A DNA stretch of 64,000 nucleotides. Origin: the human T2T-CHM13v2.0 reference genome, Homo sapiens. The stretch lies in NCBI RefSeq assembly GCF_009914755.1, contig NC_060928.1. One strand, given 5' to 3'. The position numbers were made by a program, and so were the translations under genes. Shown piece after piece: positions 60,528 through 64,000 of the stretch. Within the stretch, counting starts at the first letter, position 1, and each line of letters begins with the position of its first letter. A model generated the notes under the pieces. It saw nothing but the letters and a program-made list of their open reading frames with translations. It searched no databases and had not been told where the DNA came from.

Positions 60528-62817
60528 TGTATTACTCTGTTTTCACGCTGCTGACAAAGAAATAGCCAAGAATGGGCAATTTACAAAAGAAGAAGTTTAA
60601 TGAACTCACAGTTCCATGTGGCTGGGAAGGCCTCACAATTATGGTGGAAGGTGAAAGCCACGTCTCACATAGTGGCAGACAAGAGAAGAATGAGAGTCAA
60701 GTGAAAGAGGTTTCCCCTTATAAAACCATCAGATCTCATGAGACTTATTCACTATCATGAGAACAGTATGGGGGAAACCACTCCCATGATTTAATTATCT
60801 CCCACAGGGTTACTCCCACAACATGAGAGAATTATGGAAGTTACAACTCAAGATGAGATTTGGATAGGGACACAGCGTCAAACAATATTATTCTGCCCCT
60901 GGCCCCTCCCAAATCTCATGGTGTCACATTTCAAAACCAATCAAGCCTTCCCAACAGTCCCCCAAAGGCTTAACTCATCTCAGCATTAACTTAAAGTCCA
61001 CAGTCCAAAGTCTCATCCAAGACAAGGCAAGTCCCTTCTGCCTATGCGCCTGTAAAATCAAAAGCAAGTTAGTTACTTCTGAGATGCAATAGGGGTACAG
61101 GCATTGGGTGAATACAGCTGGACCAAGTGGGAGAAATTGATTAAAACAAAGGGGTTACAAGCTCCATGAAAGTCTGAAATCCAGCAGGGCAGTCAAATCT
61201 TAAATTTCCAAAATAATCTTCTTTGACTCCATGTCTTTCATCTGGGTCATGCTGATGCAAGAGGTGGGTTCCCATGGTGTTGGGCAGCTCCACCCCTGTG
61301 GCTTTGCAGAGTACAGCCTCCCTCCTGTGTGCTTTCACAGGCTGGCACTGAGTGTCTGTCTTTTCCAGGTGCATGGTGCAAGCTAAGGTACATCTACTTT
61401 TCTGGGGTCTCAAGGACAGTAGCCCTCTTCTCACAGCTGCAGTAGACAGAGCCCCAGCAGACACTCTGTGTTGGTGTGCCCACCCCGCATTTCCCTTTCC
61501 CACTTCCCTAGTAGAGGTTCTCCATGAGTGCTCCACCCCTGCAGCAAACTATTGCCTGGACAACAAGGCATTTCCATACGTCTTCAAAATCCAGGCAGAG
61601 GTTCCCAAAACTCAGTTTTTGATTTACATGCACTCACAGGCTAAACACCACATGGAGGCTGCCAAGCCTTGGGGCTTGCACTCTCTGAAGCTATGGCTTG
61701 AGCTGTACCTTGACCACTTTTAGTCATGGCTAGAGTGGCTGAGACACAGGGCACCAAGTCCCTAGGCTGCACACAGCCCAGAGACACTTGACCCCATCCA
61801 AGAAACCATTTTTTCTCCTAGACCTCCAGGCATGTGTTGGGAGGGGCTGCCACAAAGATCTCTGACATGCCCTGGAGACATTTTCCCGTTTGTTTTGGTG
61901 ATTAACATTCAGCTCCTCTTCACGTATGCAAATTTCTGCAGCTGACTTGAATTACTCCTAAGGAAATGCAACTTCATTTTCTATTGCATTGTCAGGCTGC
62001 AAATTTTCTGAACTTTTGTGCTCTGTTACCCTTTTAAAACTGAATGCCTTTAGCAGCACCCAAATCAACTCTTGAACCCTTTGCTGCTTAGAAATTTCTT
62101 CTGCCAGATACCCTAAATCATCTCTCTCAAGTTCAGTGTTCCACAAGTCTCTAGGGCAGGGGCAAAATGCTGCCAGTTTCTTTTCTAAATCATAATAAGA
62201 GTCACCTTTGCTTCAGTTCCCAACAAGTTCCTCATCTCCATCTGAGACCACCTCAGCCTGGATTTCATTGTCCATATCATTATCAGCATTTTAGTCAAAG
62301 GCACTCAACAAGTCTCTAGGGAGTTCCTAACTTCCCCACATTTTTCTATCTTCTTCTGAGCCCTCCAAACTGTTCCAGCCTCTGCCTGGTACCCAGTTCC
62401 AAAGTCACTTCCATGTTTTCAGGTGTCTTTTCAGCAGCACCTCACTCCCAGTACCAATTTACTGTATTAGTCTGTTTTCACACTGGTGATAAAGACATAG
62501 CTGAGACTGGGCAATTTACAAAAGAAAGAGATTTAATGGACTCACATTTCCACATGGCTGGGGAGGCATCACAATCATGGTGGAAGGTGAAAGGCATGTC
62601 TCATATGGTGGCCAACAAAATAAAAATGAGAGTCAAGTGAAAGGGCTTATAAGACTGTCAGATCTCATGAGACTTTTTCACTATCATAAGAACATTATGG
62701 GGGAAACCACCCCTATGATTCAGTTATCTCCCACTAGGTCATTCCCACAATACAAGGGAATTGTGAGAGCTACAATTCTAGATGAGATTTGGATGGGGAC
62801 ACATCCAAACTATATCA
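60528..62817 (-). mobile_element. Full-length THE1 (THE1C-like) MaLR: LTR 60528-60890, internal 60891-62462, LTR 62463-62817
   Basis: Two ~360-bp THE1 LTRs (tgtatta...cagatctcatgagac...gatgagatttgg) and a ~1.57-kb internal region. Perfect 5-bp TSD gggtc (60523-60527, 62818-62822). Confidence 0.95.
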
Positions 62818-62861
62818 GGGTCTCTTGAGTATTGTTTTTTTTGGGGAGGTTGTCAGAAAGA

Positions 62862-63354
62862 TGTTACTGGAAAAGGGTCCTGGTCCAGGCCTCAAAAAAG
62901 GGTTCTTGGATTTCACCCAAGAGATAATTCAGGGTGAGTTTTTGGAGTAAAGTTAAAGCAAGTTTATTAAAAAGTAAAGAAATAAAAGAATGGCTACTCC
63001 ATAGGCAGAGCGGCCCCAAGAACTGCTGGTTGCCCATTTTTATGGTTATTTCTTGGTTATTTCTTCATTACATGCTAAACAAGCAGTGGAATATTCATGC
63101 CTCCCATTTTTAAACCATATTTAAACCAGAGATCACTCTCATCACCGTCTTGGTTTTGGTGGGTTTTGGACAGCTTCTTTACTGCAACCAGTTTTATCAG
63201 CAAGGTCTTTATGACCTGTATTTTGTGCTGAATTCCTATCTCATCCTGTGACCTAGAATGCCTAACTAAGAATGCAGCCCAGTATTATGTCTTAGCTTTA
63301 TTTTACACAGCCTTTATTCAAGATGGGGTTTCTCTGGTTTAAACACCTCTGACA
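62862..63354 (-). mobile_element. MER41A-type 5' LTR
   Basis: tgttactggaaaagggtcc...gaatggctactccataggcagagc...cctctgaca. attcatg is joined directly to cctccc, so the MER41B GAS block is absent. Confidence 0.85.
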
Positions 63355-63878
63355 AATGCATGATATATCAAAACTTATGGGATGAAACAAAAGCTGTGTT
63401 TAGTAGAATATTTATTATTAAATAAAAAATCATAAATGTAAAAAATTAATGATTATTTGTGCTTCATACCAAGAAAGTTAGGGGGGAAAAAAAGAAAAAA
63501 AAAACAGCAAATAAACCCTAAAGAAAACAAAGGGAAAGAAAGGAGATAGTGAAATAGTAGAGACCAATGGGGTAGAAAAATCAAATATGTCACATACAAC
63601 AATTAAAAATACTATGCATAGCTATATGAACAATACTAATCTCACATGCTTTGAAAGAAAAAAGGAGAAAATAAATACAGGAGCAAATGCTTTATTGTGT
63701 TTTTTGCAGCACAAAAATTTCAAAATTAATCTATAATATACTATTAGAAGTCACATTCATTTTTGAAGGATTTTAATGACTGCAAGGTAGCAAGAGGCAC
63801 GGGACTCTTTAGGATGCTGGAAATTTTTTGTTTCTGAAATAGTCTGGATAGGCTTAGATTATAAAAAATATTTTATAA

Positions 63879-64000
63879 TGTTAGTGGAAAAACAAACTCT
63901 TTAAATATTTCTAAGAGGTTTATTCTGAGCCAATGTGAGTGACCATTTTCAGGGAACAGTCTCAAGAGGTTCTGAGAAAGTGTGTGTGAGGCACTCTGGT
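63879..64000 (-). mobile_element. MER4-group LTR 3' end, running off the window
   Basis: tgtta...agaggtttattctgagccaatgtgagtgacca...gtctcaagaggttctgagaaagtgtg. Confidence 0.7.

Larger units (their letters stand above)
56258..63354 (-). mobile_element. MER41 provirus (MER4-group non-autonomous ERV1): truncated 3' LTR, internal region and 5' LTR, containing THE1C
   Basis: Both ends share the antisense MER41 start (aagatgg...ctggtt...cctctgaca at 56332 and 63354). PPT complement tttcccccctc at 56333 and MER4-group internal text between them. Confidence 0.85.

Noticed and set aside
61141-61723. Overlapping ORFs of 131 and 123 aa
   Set aside because: They are decayed THE1 internal sequence. The MaLR ORF is not intact.

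Overview
This window is primate, almost certainly human, nuclear DNA: it contains an AluYb8, a human-specific subfamily. It is AT-rich and dominated by transposable elements, as expected of a gene desert or a very large intron. I find no host protein-coding exon, RNA gene, CRISPR array or prokaryotic feature. The ORFs I could assign come from L1 ORF2, ERV gag/env remnants, Alus or LTR elements, and the rest are short AT-rich chance frames. From left to right the main contents are: (1) an old antisense L1M scaffold (609-8880) with nested LTRs, a near full-length MLT1A-type MaLR and two Alus; (2) an AluYb8 inside an ERV LTR; (3) a MER44 split by an MSTA LTR; (4) a 5.9 kb two-LTR, tRNA-Pro-primed HUERS-P3-like provirus (22080-27972, minus) that lacks pro, RT and IN but keeps gag, RNase H and env remnants; (5) a young AluYc1; (6) a 4.1 kb twin-primed (5'-inverted) L1PA with an in-frame 120-bp deletion in the endonuclease domain; (7) a Tigger1 fragment with an internal inversion; and (8) a MER41 provirus (56258-63354, minus) containing a complete THE1C. 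Family and subfamily names come from recalled consensus sequences and need RepeatMasker/Dfam confirmation. I do not see evidence for a new biological system. The findings are structural oddities and candidate regulatory or polymorphic sites.
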